A DNA stretch of 64,000 nt from assembly GCA_026414805.1 (NCBI GenBank), contig JAOAIH010000001.1:51335-115334 (forward strand), read 5' to 3'. The DNA comes from Spirochaetota bacterium (GTDB taxonomy: Bacteria > Spirochaetota > UBA4802 > UB4802). Below the pieces are notes generated by a model. The model ran no database searches and was not told where the DNA came from. It was given only the letters and a program-made list of their open reading frames with translations. The first letter of the stretch is position 1. The number at the start of each line of letters is the position of its first letter. The translations under genes and the position numbers were made by a program. Below are positions 51,454 through 61,159 of this stretch, one piece after another.

Positions 51454-51694
51454 GATAAAAGTAAAACTATATAGCGGGCTTCACAAGGAAGCTAAAATTG
51501 ATCATTATAACCCCGATTTAGGATATGTGCTTAAAATTCCAAAGGGTGCTCGGGTGAGGCATGTTGCAAAACTGTTAGGATTACCTGATATTTATTCACT
51601 GGCATATTTTTGCAATGGGCAGCGCATAGGTGTTTTCAAAAAGTTGCATGAAGGTGATGAGCTTTCCTGTTTTAGGCCTTCGGGCGGTGGCTGA
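51431..51694 (+). CDS. ThiS/MoaD-like ubiquitin-fold sulfur-carrier candidate ending in Gly-Gly(-Gly)
   Basis: 87 aa, beta-grasp-like pattern; the C-terminus ...CFRPSGGG-stop is the hallmark of sulfur-carrier proteins. Confidence 0.5.
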   Translation: MFKKKEIEIKVKLYSGLHKEAKIDHYNPDLGYVLKIPKGARVRHVAKLLGLPDIYSLAYFCNGQRIGVFKKLHEGDELSCFRPSGGG

Positions 51695-51696
51695 TA

Positions 51697-52419
51697 TTAT
51701 AGTAAATATTCGTCCTCTCTATGGCTCAATGATCTGAAAATACTAGATTGAGCACCTTTAACTGATTTGTTAATTATTTTTAAAAGTTCTTTTGTATGAT
51801 TTCGTTTTGTAAGATCCTTGTAAGGACATTCATTTTCAACAGGTGATAACATACATGCACTGCAATATCCTTTTACTTCAGCCTCTGTGAGAAATGCTAG
51901 AGGACGTATAATCTCCAATGTGCCATTAAACATTTTTAATTTAGGCGGCATGGTAGATAGTTTGCCATGATATAACATATTCATAAAAAAAGTAATTATA
52001 ATATCATCCTGATTGTGACCAAATGCTATTTTTTTACATCCCAGCTCGGCTGCGGTCTCAAATAAAATTTTTCTTCTAAACCATGAACAAACAAAGCAAG
52101 GAGAGGAATTTTTTCTTGAAAGATCTAGCGTTATTTCTTTAATATAAAGAGGTATATCGTAGTTGCAACAGTACTGTTTGAGTCTGTCAATGCTTTTACT
52201 ATTGTGAAAGTTTTTTACTATTACATGGCAGCAAAACAAATTATAATGTATTGGTATATGCTTTAAACGTCGGTGTAATGCATCCATCAAAACAAGTGAA
52301 TCTTTCCCTCCTGAAAGAGCTATAAGAATATTATCATTTGCTTCTATCATGTTATAGGTATTAATAGCTTTTCCTACAATCTTCAGTAATTTCCCAATCT
52401 GTTTATCCTTATGGTTCAT
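51697..52419 (-). CDS. ttcA: TtcA/TtuA-family PP-loop tRNA thiolase (short, 240 aa)
   Basis: PP-loop SGGKDS. CFVCSWFRRKILFETAAELGCKKIAFGHNQDDII...MPPKL closely parallels the E. coli TtcA block CNLCSRLRRG...GHHRDD...MPPKL. Confidence 0.8.
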   Translation of the reverse strand: MNHKDKQIGKLLKIVGKAINTYNMIEANDNILIALSGGKDSLVLMDALHRRLKHIPIHYNLFCCHVIVKNFHNSKSIDRLKQYCCNYDIPLYIKEITLDLSRKNSSPCFVCSWFRRKILFETAAELGCKKIAFGHNQDDIIITFFMNMLYHGKLSTMPPKLKMFNGTLEIIRPLAFLTEAEVKGYCSACMLSPVENECPYKDLTKRNHTKELLKIINKSVKGAQSSIFRSLSHREDEYLL

Positions 52420-52508
52420 ATAATAAAGCCTTGACGGAAAGGGTATTGTATGATTTACTAGTGTTTAGTACATTATATGGTGTCAATACAAATTATAACT
52501 AAATAATA

Positions 52509-52886
52509 ATGAATACAGAGGTTTTACTGATGGCTCGTTGTATGATAGTTGATGATTCAAGTTTTATGCGCCGAATTATTAAACAGACATTGGAAGAAGG
52601 AGGTCATGAGGTTGTTGCGGAAGTAGATAATGGCCTTGAAGCTTTGGAAAAATATAAAGAAAAGAAGCCTGATATTGTTACCATGGATATTACTATGTGG
52701 GGGAAAGATGGACTGGAGGCTATTTCTGAAATAACCAATAGTTATCCAGATGCCAAAATTATTGTGATATCAGCGTTAAATGAAAGAACTTTGAAAATAA
52801 ATGAAAAAGACATCAAAGCCAAAATATTTTTAACCAAGCCTTTTGAAAAGAAAGAACTTCTGGAAGCAATAAATAAAGTCCTTTAA
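52509..52886 (+). CDS. CheY-like single-domain response regulator
   Basis: MIVDDSSFMRR...DIVTMDITM...K: REC domain only, 125 aa. Confidence 0.8.
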   Translation: MNTEVLLMARCMIVDDSSFMRRIIKQTLEEGGHEVVAEVDNGLEALEKYKEKKPDIVTMDITMWGKDGLEAISEITNSYPDAKIIVISALNERTLKINEKDIKAKIFLTKPFEKKELLEAINKVL

Positions 52887-52892
52887 ATTGCT

Positions 52893-53936
52893 ATGGAAGA
52901 ACAATTTTTACAATTATATAAAAAAAATTCATCTGCAGATAGTGCGTATTTAATTGCTGATGGGAAGGTGTTTTTGTTTGTAACTGAAGCAGATAAGTAT
53001 ATATTACAGGGCAAAAACCTTATTGTTGGTGCTACTGAACTAGTATTAGAGTCAAAGAATGGTGAATCTATACAGAGACTAGAAACTGCGTTAGCAGTTA
53101 AAGGTACAACTATAAAAAAGATCCCTACTACAACACTTTTGCAAGGATTAGAAAACAATGCATTTGCCATGAACCTTGCAATTGTTGAAGCTAAAAGTGT
53201 AGTTTTGACCAATGAGATTCTGAAAAGAGATTTGCAACTTGATGCTCAGCTAACTAAAGAAAAAAGCATTTGTATGGAATATTATATAATTATCCAATCT
53301 TTACAAAAAGAATATGATAAAAGAAGACTGCCATGGTTAAAAGAGCTCATTGATAAATACAAAACTAGTATAATATTTAAGAAAGGTGAGGCTTTTACAC
53401 GATCTACAGAAGCTATAAGAGTTGAAACTCCCAAAGAACTATCTTCAAACACCATTGAATTTCCACCTGGATCAATGTTATGCCAAGAAGGCAGTGTTGG
53501 AGATTTTATGTATATACTTGAATCTGGCAACCTGGAAGTTTTTATACAGAATGTAAAGGTTGCAACAATTTCTGAAAAAGGTACAGTTATAGGTGAGATA
53601 GCTATGCTTCTATCAATGCCTCGTACTGCTACACTTAAAGCTCAGAATACAGTGATTGTTACTAAAGTAACACGTGAAGATTTGAAAAATACCTCCTCAC
53701 CAAAATTAATTCAGATGCTGTTAGTTTCCCTAGCAAAAAAGCACCATGCAAATATTGTGCATATTGAAGATATTAACCAGAAAAAGGCTCTTGCTTATGC
53801 AGAAAAAAAAGAACAAGAGCCACATAAAACAGATGTACATCGTTATTATAATGAACTATCTCAGCTAAAAAGCTCCTTAGAAAAAATCATCCACAACAAA
53901 CAAGCTGATTATCTAGAGTACATACTTAAAAGATAG
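52893..53936 (+). CDS. cyclic-nucleotide-binding domain protein
   Basis: The central region FPPGSMLCQEGSVGDFMYILESGNLEV...GEIAML...RTATLKA is a CAP/CNB fold; the N-terminal part may be a second, degenerate CNB. Confidence 0.6.
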   Translation: MEEQFLQLYKKNSSADSAYLIADGKVFLFVTEADKYILQGKNLIVGATELVLESKNGESIQRLETALAVKGTTIKKIPTTTLLQGLENNAFAMNLAIVEAKSVVLTNEILKRDLQLDAQLTKEKSICMEYYIIIQSLQKEYDKRRLPWLKELIDKYKTSIIFKKGEAFTRSTEAIRVETPKELSSNTIEFPPGSMLCQEGSVGDFMYILESGNLEVFIQNVKVATISEKGTVIGEIAMLLSMPRTATLKAQNTVIVTKVTREDLKNTSSPKLIQMLLVSLAKKHHANIVHIEDINQKKALAYAEKKEQEPHKTDVHRYYNELSQLKSSLEKIIHNKQADYLEYILKR

Positions 53937-53942
53937 ATAACA

Positions 53943-54476
53943 TTATTCAAATTCAGCTAATACTTCGCCTTTCTTTAATGATTTCAACCAGTTCAGCTCT
54001 GCCTTTAAGTGGTTTTCAAGATATGTATACACGTGCAATTGAGAAGCAGGGGATGTGTTTTTTGATTCAGCGTCAATCTTTTCGCGCAGCGCGTTCATCT
54101 TTTCTTTAATATGTTCTACACGATCTTCAATAAACTGTTCTCGCTGTTCTGGTGAAAGTGAATTTAAGAACATAAGTACGATGTCGATATCAAAATGAAT
54201 AAAATTATGATCAAAGTATTGTTTTAACATCTTTTTATAGTATTTTCTTCCTTCTGGAAGTATCTGGTAAATATAGCGCTCTGGATTCCCACCTTCTTTT
54301 TCAGTTCCTATTTTTTTAACCCAGCCATTATCAAGGGCTTTCTTGATAGCATAGTAAATAGAACCAAATTTTATATCCACATAGTCTTCCAAACGTTCAA
54401 CTATCCTTTTTTTGATTTCATAGCCATATAAATTTTCTTCCATTAAAAGCCCCAATATGGTAATTTCAATTTTCAT
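53943..54476 (-). CDS. PadR-family transcriptional regulator
   Basis: LLMEENLYGYEIKKRI...GSIYYAIKKALDNGWV: PadR winged helix. Confidence 0.8.
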   Translation of the reverse strand: MKIEITILGLLMEENLYGYEIKKRIVERLEDYVDIKFGSIYYAIKKALDNGWVKKIGTEKEGGNPERYIYQILPEGRKYYKKMLKQYFDHNFIHFDIDIVLMFLNSLSPEQREQFIEDRVEHIKEKMNALREKIDAESKNTSPASQLHVYTYLENHLKAELNWLKSLKKGEVLAEFE

Positions 54477-54671
54477 ACTACACCTCTTTATAAAAATTTA
54501 ATTATTTATTTTATAATACTAATAATAGTGTTAAAAAGCAATAATAATATTGTATGTGTATATAAATATTTTAAAAATAATTTAAATTAAATTATATAAA
54601 TATGAGTTTATATATAATATTATTTAATATAGTTTAATTTTACTATTTTAATAAAACATATAATTTTTGTT

Positions 54672-55259
54672 TTATCTTGATAATTGTTTTAATGCCAATC
54701 GTATAATAGTTTCAATATTTGTTATTTCAGGATTTTCTTTAATTATTGATGTAACAGTTGAAGTTGCAATTTTTTCTTCAAAGCCCAATGAAATTAAAGC
54801 TTCAATTGCATCACTCATATAAGGAATTGTAGCAGATTTATTTGAAAGAATGGAATCTAATTTTTTTAATTTTCGTTTTAATTCAAATACTATTTTTTCA
54901 CTTTTACTTTGCCCAATACCTGGTATTGATTTAAATGCTACAATTTGTTCATTTTTCACTGCTGATACTATCTGTTGTGGGGTCATTGAGGATAAAATGG
55001 AAATTGCGATTGAAGGTCCAATCCCTGATATTGTTAGTAACAGAGAAAACATCTGCTTTTCCTCTTCAGTGTTGAATCCATAAAGAGAGATAGCATTTTC
55101 TCTTACGACCATGTGAATATATAATTGTACGTTTGTTGCAGTATTGATTTGTTCATACGTTGATAAAGGGATATGTATCTCATAGCCAACACCATTTACA
55201 TTAAGAACTACAACTGTTGGTTTACACGAAAGTATAGTGCCTTCAAGGAATGATATCAT
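54672..55259 (-). CDS. ruvA: Holliday junction branch-migration complex subunit RuvA
   Basis: MISFLEGTI...VVLNVNGVGYEIHIP with HhH motifs (GIGPSIA, IPGIGQ); 195 aa. Confidence 0.85.
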   Translation of the reverse strand: MISFLEGTILSCKPTVVVLNVNGVGYEIHIPLSTYEQINTATNVQLYIHMVVRENAISLYGFNTEEEKQMFSLLLTISGIGPSIAISILSSMTPQQIVSAVKNEQIVAFKSIPGIGQSKSEKIVFELKRKLKKLDSILSNKSATIPYMSDAIEALISLGFEEKIATSTVTSIIKENPEITNIETIIRLALKQLSR

Positions 55260-55265
55260 AGTATG

Positions 55266-55769
55266 TCACTTTTCTTTTTTAACTAATAAAGTGTTATTAC
55301 GTGATGAATATCTGGGTAATGCAAGACAATGGCATAAAGCTATGGCAAGAGCGTCAAAGGCATCATCATGATTTATATGAGAAGATGGCTTCAGTATTTT
55401 TTTTATCATATTAGCAAGTTGTTCTTTTGATGCACGTCCGTAACCGGTTATTGATTGTTTTACCTGTAAGGGAGTATATTCAACATAAGGTATGCTTTGC
55501 TGAATTAACAATAATTTTATCACTCCAATAACTTGGGAAACGGGTATGGCTGTTGAAATGTTTTTATTAAAAAACAATTTTTCTATTCCGCATGACACAG
55601 GAGTATATTGAATAATCACATCGCTGAGAAGATTATACACCCGTAATAAACGATTTTCGTCATTTGATTTTGTTTCTATCACGCCACAATCAATATATGA
55701 AAATGTGTCATCGATGACGGCCCATCCACAACGGCCGTAGCCTGGATCAATTCCTAGTAATTTTGCCAC
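55266..55769 (-). CDS. ruvC: crossover junction endodeoxyribonuclease RuvC
   Basis: LLGIDPGYGRCGWAVID with the catalytic acidic residues; 167 aa; adjacent to ruvA. Confidence 0.9.
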   Translation of the reverse strand: MAKLLGIDPGYGRCGWAVIDDTFSYIDCGVIETKSNDENRLLRVYNLLSDVIIQYTPVSCGIEKLFFNKNISTAIPVSQVIGVIKLLLIQQSIPYVEYTPLQVKQSITGYGRASKEQLANMIKKILKPSSHINHDDAFDALAIALCHCLALPRYSSRNNTLLVKKEK

Positions 55770-55775
55770 AAATAA

Positions 55776-56522
55776 TTAACTCATAGTGTTGATGATATCG
55801 TCAGGAATATCAAAATTAGAGTGAACATTTTGTACATCATCATGATCTTCCAATGCTTCGATAAGACGAAGGCATTGGGATGCTTTTTGTCCTTCTAAAT
55901 GTACTGTTGTTTGAGGGATGTACGTTATTTCACTATTCAATGTTGGCAAGTTGTGTGAGCGGATTACTTCCAGAATATCGTTAAATTTTTCTGGAGCTGT
56001 GTAGACGACAATTGTATTATCTTCGGTTTTTATGTCCTCAACATCATAATCAAGTAAAATTTCCATAACTTTATCTTCGGTAGTTGCTTGTGCATCTATG
56101 TTGATAACACCTTTTTTGTCAAAAAGGAATGATACACATCCGGTTTCACCTAGATTACCGCCGTTTTTTGAAAATATTGTCCTGATTTCAGGAGTTGTGC
56201 GGTTTTTATTATCGGTCATGCAATCGACCATGATTGCCACTCCACCAGGTCCATATCCTTCATAACGAACTTCTTCATAGGTTGATCCTTCTAGGGCGCC
56301 GGTACCTTTTTTAATAGCTCTTTCAATATTTTCCATGGGCATATTATTTTCACGTGCTTTCAACACTGCGGTGCGTAAACGTGGATTACTGTTTATATCA
56401 TCCCCGCCAACACGAGCAGCAACTGTAATTTCGCGTATCAATTTTGTAAATATTTTTCCTTTTTTGGCGTCCTGTGCTGCTTTTCTGTGTTTGATATTTG
56501 CCCATTTAGAATGTCCTGACAT
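55776..56522 (-). CDS. yebC: YebC/PmpR-family transcriptional regulator
   Basis: MSGHSKWANIKHRKAAQDAKKGKIFTKLIREI is the family's invariant N-terminus. Confidence 0.9.
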   Translation of the reverse strand: MSGHSKWANIKHRKAAQDAKKGKIFTKLIREITVAARVGGDDINSNPRLRTAVLKARENNMPMENIERAIKKGTGALEGSTYEEVRYEGYGPGGVAIMVDCMTDNKNRTTPEIRTIFSKNGGNLGETGCVSFLFDKKGVINIDAQATTEDKVMEILLDYDVEDIKTEDNTIVVYTAPEKFNDILEVIRSHNLPTLNSEITYIPQTTVHLEGQKASQCLRLIEALEDHDDVQNVHSNFDIPDDIINTMS

Positions 56523-56644
56523 ACGCTATCTCCTCATCATGCTATTTTTTGGAAATTTTTATGCAGAGCGCAAACGAATAGTAAAACCATACAAGTTTTT
56601 GTCATTAATAAAATAATCACAAAATTGAGACAAAAATAATTTTT

Positions 56645-57931
56645 TCAATAACCTTTTGAAATTTTCAACTGTATTTTTTCAATTTTTTTTGTGGATTCAC
56701 GGATCTTTGTACCAGTAGCGATAGCTTTTGTATACCAGTCAATTGCAAGCTGATATTGTGAAATAACTTCATATATTGAAGCGATTTTAAAATATAATTC
56801 TCCGGTATTAAGTTTACTATATTCATGATCAAGACGGCGTAATTCGAGCTCATTGTTACCCAATTCATCCATAAGAGATTGATATTCAGGGTATAGGGAC
56901 ACATCCTTTTTATCGAGCAGTGTTGATTTGATTGTATTAATTTTTGTTTTAATACTTTCAATGTTATTTTTTTTATCATCTATGGACTGTTTCATGATAT
57001 CTGATATTGCTATTGCCTGTAAATAATGATCAATGCTTTCTTTATAGTTCAAATCCATACTAGATATATCGCCCAATATGGAATGAGACATGCCTTTGCG
57101 GAAAAGATCATTGGAGTTATATAATGATAGACCTTTATTCAATGAAGTATATGCCAATTTCATGTCTGATATTTTTGTGTATGCTAGGTAGCCCAGTGCA
57201 AACAATACTGCAGAATCATCAGAATTCCTGTTAAGATACAATTGATAAAAACGCGAAGCGCTTATGAAATCATTAATTGATTCATAGCAGTTTGCGGCAG
57301 TAAGGTATAATTCTGGAGGTGTCTGATCCCCTTTTGCCTGTATGTAGCGATTGAGATGATATAATGCTTTTTTTTTATTTTTTCCAGAAGCAAGACTTAG
57401 CGCTAATTCCAGAGAGTAGTCATAGTTATCAGGATTTATTTCATATGCTTCTTCTAAAAAATTTAGATAGGCATCAGTTTTGTTAAGACGTTTAAACAGC
57501 TGTGCAAGGGAATAAAAAATGATATGGTCTTTTTGGCTTATGGTAGTAAATCGCAAAGCTTGGAAATAATGCTGTATAGCTTCATTGTATTTAAAAATGC
57601 TCTGGTAACATAAAGCTGCATCAATATGTAGAGTATAAAGGGTGTCATTGTTTTCAATAAAATATGGTTGCAGTTTTCTCTCAGTAAAAAGTTTTTTAAG
57701 ATCTATACCTTCTTCAATTTTTTCAATTGCAATATATGAGGTAGGTATTTTTTTATCAAAACTTCGGCTGGTATAGATTTTGTTCAATTGAGATTGTATC
57801 AAGGGAAGGGCATCTGTGAATTTTTTTTGCTCAATAAGATTACGATAATCCTGCCCGTTGCTATTGTTATAAAATAACAGGATTAAAAATGTATAAACAA
57901 TAAAGGTATATATATTATATCTCATGTTCAT
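56645..57931 (-). CDS. secreted TPR-repeat protein
   Basis: Signal peptide, then multiple A/Y-rich TPR-like 34-residue repeats. Confidence 0.55.
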   Translation of the reverse strand: MNMRYNIYTFIVYTFLILLFYNNSNGQDYRNLIEQKKFTDALPLIQSQLNKIYTSRSFDKKIPTSYIAIEKIEEGIDLKKLFTERKLQPYFIENNDTLYTLHIDAALCYQSIFKYNEAIQHYFQALRFTTISQKDHIIFYSLAQLFKRLNKTDAYLNFLEEAYEINPDNYDYSLELALSLASGKNKKKALYHLNRYIQAKGDQTPPELYLTAANCYESINDFISASRFYQLYLNRNSDDSAVLFALGYLAYTKISDMKLAYTSLNKGLSLYNSNDLFRKGMSHSILGDISSMDLNYKESIDHYLQAIAISDIMKQSIDDKKNNIESIKTKINTIKSTLLDKKDVSLYPEYQSLMDELGNNELELRRLDHEYSKLNTGELYFKIASIYEVISQYQLAIDWYTKAIATGTKIRESTKKIEKIQLKISKGY

Positions 57932-57991
57932 TGTAGTAGCTGTTTTGTAACATTATCGGTTGGTTAAAAAGGTATGTTAAAATAAAAAGAG

Positions 57992-58606
57992 CTATCGTCT
58001 AATCCGTATTTTTGGTAGCTGTCGTTTTTTAATTTTTGGTGCACCTTCAGGATTATATTTATTCTGCACTTCTTCAATGCTATGTGTTATAAGCATTCTG
58101 ACCACTTCTTCTGATTTGTTAAGTACGTCTATCAATATCAAATTTTCATCTTCAGAAAAATCATTCAGGAGATATTCCTCCATTGTCATGCCTTTTTTAG
58201 GATATCCAATCCCTATGCGTACCTTGGCAAATCTGTCTGATTTTAACGCACGGGTTATCGATTCAATGCCGGGATGCTTAAGCTTTGACATAATTGAGTC
58301 AATTCTTATTTCACCAAGAGGGAGGGTGGGATCCTCCAATACACATATAATATCGCGTACATTTATGCGAAGAAAGGAGGCAATATATAACACTGATTCG
58401 CCTAGTAAATTGACAAAGGTTTGTGGTTTGAGCAGTACAACATCCTCACCGCAAATTTTTCCACGTCCAATAATAGATTTTTTCTTTTTTATACGGATGT
58501 CGATATTCTCGTTGTTTCCAAGAATATCGACAACCTTAAATCCAATATTTTGTCTGTTATTGAAATATTCTTCGCCTGGATTTCCAAATCCTACGATTAG
58601 TTTCAA
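57992..58606 (-). CDS. pth: peptidyl-tRNA hydrolase
   Basis: MKLIVGFGNPGEEYFNNRQNIGF matches the Pth N-terminal signature. Confidence 0.85.
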   Translation of the reverse strand: MKLIVGFGNPGEEYFNNRQNIGFKVVDILGNNENIDIRIKKKKSIIGRGKICGEDVVLLKPQTFVNLLGESVLYIASFLRINVRDIICVLEDPTLPLGEIRIDSIMSKLKHPGIESITRALKSDRFAKVRIGIGYPKKGMTMEEYLLNDFSEDENLILIDVLNKSEEVVRMLITHSIEEVQNKYNPEGAPKIKKRQLPKIRIRR

Positions 58607-58630
58607 TTACATACTCCTTGTGATTGACTG

Positions 58631-59254
58631 TTACTGCTGTTCTTCAGCAGGTTTAACTTCTTCAGCAACTGGCTGTGCAACCTCTTCTGCTGCCTTGTGT
58701 GGTGCAAGGACAGCCAGAACTACAGAATCGGGTGTACTGAGAATTTTAACGCCTTTTGGAGCAATTATATCCTTTACATGTATAGATTGCCCAATTGCCA
58801 GATTTGTTACATCAATTGTAATTTTTTCCGGTAAATCTGCAGGGAGACATTCGACCTCAATTTCACGTTCTATAAATTCAAGTATACCACCCTGCTTCAC
58901 ACCCACAGGAGTTCCAACAACTTCAACAGGCACCTTGGTAGAAATAGCTTCGGTCATTGTTACTCTGAAGAAGTCTACATGCAATATTTCATCTGTTATT
59001 GGATGACGCTGATAATCTTTGACAAAGGCTTTTACTGGTGAATCAGGGTTGTCCTTGATATCAAGGTCTATCAGCACATTTTCGGAAATATGCCCTTTGA
59101 AAATTTTAAAGAAGTTTTTCTTCTGAAACATTATGCTTTGTGATTCGCCATGTGCATAGAGCACTGCAGGAATGTACCCTTGAGCTCTGAGTCTATGATT
59201 GGCATTTTTTCCGGTTTGGGTCCTTATTTCAACTGGTAAAACGTGTGCTTCCAT
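58631..59254 (-). CDS. rplY: 50S ribosomal protein L25 / general stress protein Ctc
   Basis: N-terminal L25 fold (LPVEIRTQTGKNANHRLRAQGYIPAVLY), an acidic C-terminal tail, and the conserved position between pth and prs. Confidence 0.8.
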   Translation of the reverse strand: MEAHVLPVEIRTQTGKNANHRLRAQGYIPAVLYAHGESQSIMFQKKNFFKIFKGHISENVLIDLDIKDNPDSPVKAFVKDYQRHPITDEILHVDFFRVTMTEAISTKVPVEVVGTPVGVKQGGILEFIEREIEVECLPADLPEKITIDVTNLAIGQSIHVKDIIAPKGVKILSTPDSVVLAVLAPHKAAEEVAQPVAEEVKPAEEQQ

Positions 59255-59327
59255 ATCAACCTCTTTCAGATTATTTAATATACATTATAGTAAAAATGTT
59301 ATAAAATTCAACAATAAATTCCTGTAA

Positions 59328-60275
59328 CTATCGGATAAACAATGAGCTAACAGATTCACCGTTATGAATGCGACGTATAGCTTCACCAAATAACGGTGCC
59401 ATCGATAATATTTTCATATTTGGCAAAAGTTTCTTTTCTGGGATATCGATTGTATTAGTTAAAATAATCTCCTTAAAATCTGCTTTTTTAAGCTTTTCAG
59501 CTGCATTTTCAGATAAAACAGCATGAGTGGCAATACAGTATATATCCTTTGCACCGTTTTCGCGTAGGGCATGAGCTGCCTGTGTTATGGAGCCTCCGGT
59601 GTCGATCATGTCATCGATTAATATACAGTTGTGGTTTTTGACACTTTCTTCACCTATGATATTCATTACCTCAGATTTGTTAGGTTCCGGCCTTCTTTTA
59701 TCTACTATCGCCAATTCTGCCCCAATATTTCTTGCTAAAAATCGTGCGCGCTCTGTTCCACCCGCGTCTGGTGATACTACAGTTGGGTTTTGGATGTTAA
59801 GTTCCTTCACGTATTCGATGACCAGAGGTGAAGCAAAAAGATTATCTACGGGGATATCAAAGAAGCCTTGTATTTGGTCAGAATGTAGTTCCATGGTGAG
59901 TATACGGTCAACCCCGGCTGCCTGTAACATGTTTGCAACTAATTTTGCAGAAATAGGTACACGTGGCTCAACCTTTCTGTCCTGACGGGCATAGCCATAA
60001 TATGGTATTACGGCGGTAATTCGCTGTGCTGAAGCACGCATGGCTGCATCCACCATTAGCAGCAATTCCATGATGTTGTCATTTGCAGGGTTGCTGGTGG
60101 ATTGAATTAAAAAAACATCTACGCTACGTACATTTTCAAGAATCTTGACGGATATTTCACCATCCTTGAATTTTTTAATTTCAATTTCGGAAAGCTCAAT
60201 TCCTAAATAATGAGCTATCTCCTGAGCTAAGGGATAGTTTGATGTTCCAGAAAACAATTTTATTGGATATATCAT
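59328..60275 (-). CDS. prs: ribose-phosphate pyrophosphokinase
   Basis: PRPP-binding DLVIDDMIDTGG-like motif (ILIDDMIDTGGSI) with a Prs-like N-terminus. Confidence 0.9.
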   Translation of the reverse strand: MIYPIKLFSGTSNYPLAQEIAHYLGIELSEIEIKKFKDGEISVKILENVRSVDVFLIQSTSNPANDNIMELLLMVDAAMRASAQRITAVIPYYGYARQDRKVEPRVPISAKLVANMLQAAGVDRILTMELHSDQIQGFFDIPVDNLFASPLVIEYVKELNIQNPTVVSPDAGGTERARFLARNIGAELAIVDKRRPEPNKSEVMNIIGEESVKNHNCILIDDMIDTGGSITQAAHALRENGAKDIYCIATHAVLSENAAEKLKKADFKEIILTNTIDIPEKKLLPNMKILSMAPLFGEAIRRIHNGESVSSLFIR

Positions 60276-60295
60276 AACAAACCTTTTTTAAAATA

Positions 60296-61048
60296 CTATT
60301 TTTGTGAGAGTATAGCTTCTAGTTTTGATAGCTCTTCTTTTGAATTAATACCACTTCCTTCAAGTGGGTCAGAAAGTTTAATAATTTTGACATTGCTACC
60401 AGTATTGTGGATGTAGGTCAATGCATCAGGAAGATAATATTCGCGCTGTGCATTTTCAGTGGTTACGGTTTTCAACCCCTGAAAAAGCAGCTGCGACTTG
60501 AATGCATATGTACCAGTATTGACCTCATGCAGTGCTTTTTGTTCGGGGTCTGCATCTTTTTCTTCAACAATTTTCAACAAATTTCCCTTTTTATCACGCA
60601 CAATCCGACCATACCCAAAAGGATTATCAAGTTCCATTGTAAGAACCACAGCACCAGTGTTTGGTTCATTGGCTGATTCAAAAAGTAATGAAAAAGTTTT
60701 GGGCTTTATTAAGGGGACATCTCCGCATGCTACAATGACAATCCCATCATAGTTGCGCAATACATCTTCTGTTTGCATTACGGCGTGTCCAGTTCCCAGT
60801 TGCTCTTTCTGCCAAACAAAATGAACCCTGTTCCCTATTGCTTTTATAACATCATCACCTTTATAGCCAACAACCACTATAATATCCTCTTCTTTTAAGC
60901 CTGCCTTAGTAAGATTATCAATTACATGTAGAACAAGTGGTTTGCCCCCTAAAAGGTGGAGTACTTTGGGCATTTCTGATTGCATTCTTACTCCTTTTCC
61001 GGCAGCAAGAACAATAGCTTTACACTTACTGTCCATAAATAGTTCCAA
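60296..61048 (-). CDS. GlmU-N-terminal-like sugar-1-phosphate nucleotidyltransferase (lacks the C-terminal LbH acetyltransferase domain)
   Basis: AIVLAAGKGVRMQSEMPKVLHLLGGKPL matches the GlmU uridyltransferase signature. At only 250 aa there is no hexapeptide-repeat domain. It sits at the glmU position upstream of prs. Confidence 0.6.
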   Translation of the reverse strand: MELFMDSKCKAIVLAAGKGVRMQSEMPKVLHLLGGKPLVLHVIDNLTKAGLKEEDIIVVVGYKGDDVIKAIGNRVHFVWQKEQLGTGHAVMQTEDVLRNYDGIVIVACGDVPLIKPKTFSLLFESANEPNTGAVVLTMELDNPFGYGRIVRDKKGNLLKIVEEKDADPEQKALHEVNTGTYAFKSQLLFQGLKTVTTENAQREYYLPDALTYIHNTGSNVKIIKLSDPLEGSGINSKEELSKLEAILSQK

Positions 61049-61058
61049 AAATAAAAAT

Positions 61059-61130
61059 CTGAGGTGCCAGGATTCGAACCTGGGAATGCCGGGACCAAAA
61101 CCCGGTGCCGTACCGCTTGGCTACACCTCA
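61059..61130 (-). tRNA. tRNA-Gln (anticodon UUG)
   Basis: Reverse complement TGAGGTGTAGCCAAGCGGTACGGCACCGGGTTTTGGTCCCGGCATTCCCAGGTTCGAATCCTGGCACCTCAG folds as a cloverleaf: 7-bp acceptor stem, U8, GTTCGAATC T-loop, anticodon loop TTTTGGT. It is near-identical in layout to E. coli tRNA-Gln. CCA is not encoded. Confidence 0.8.
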
Positions 61131-61159
61131 ATTATTAAATAATATAGTAAAAATTTATA

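Noticed and set aside
58077-59006. 309-aa plus-strand ORF antisense to pth and rplY
   Set aside because: Ser/Thr/Ile-rich low-complexity translation with no motif. It exactly mirrors two well-supported minus-strand genes. This is a typical antisense artefact of an AT-rich genome.
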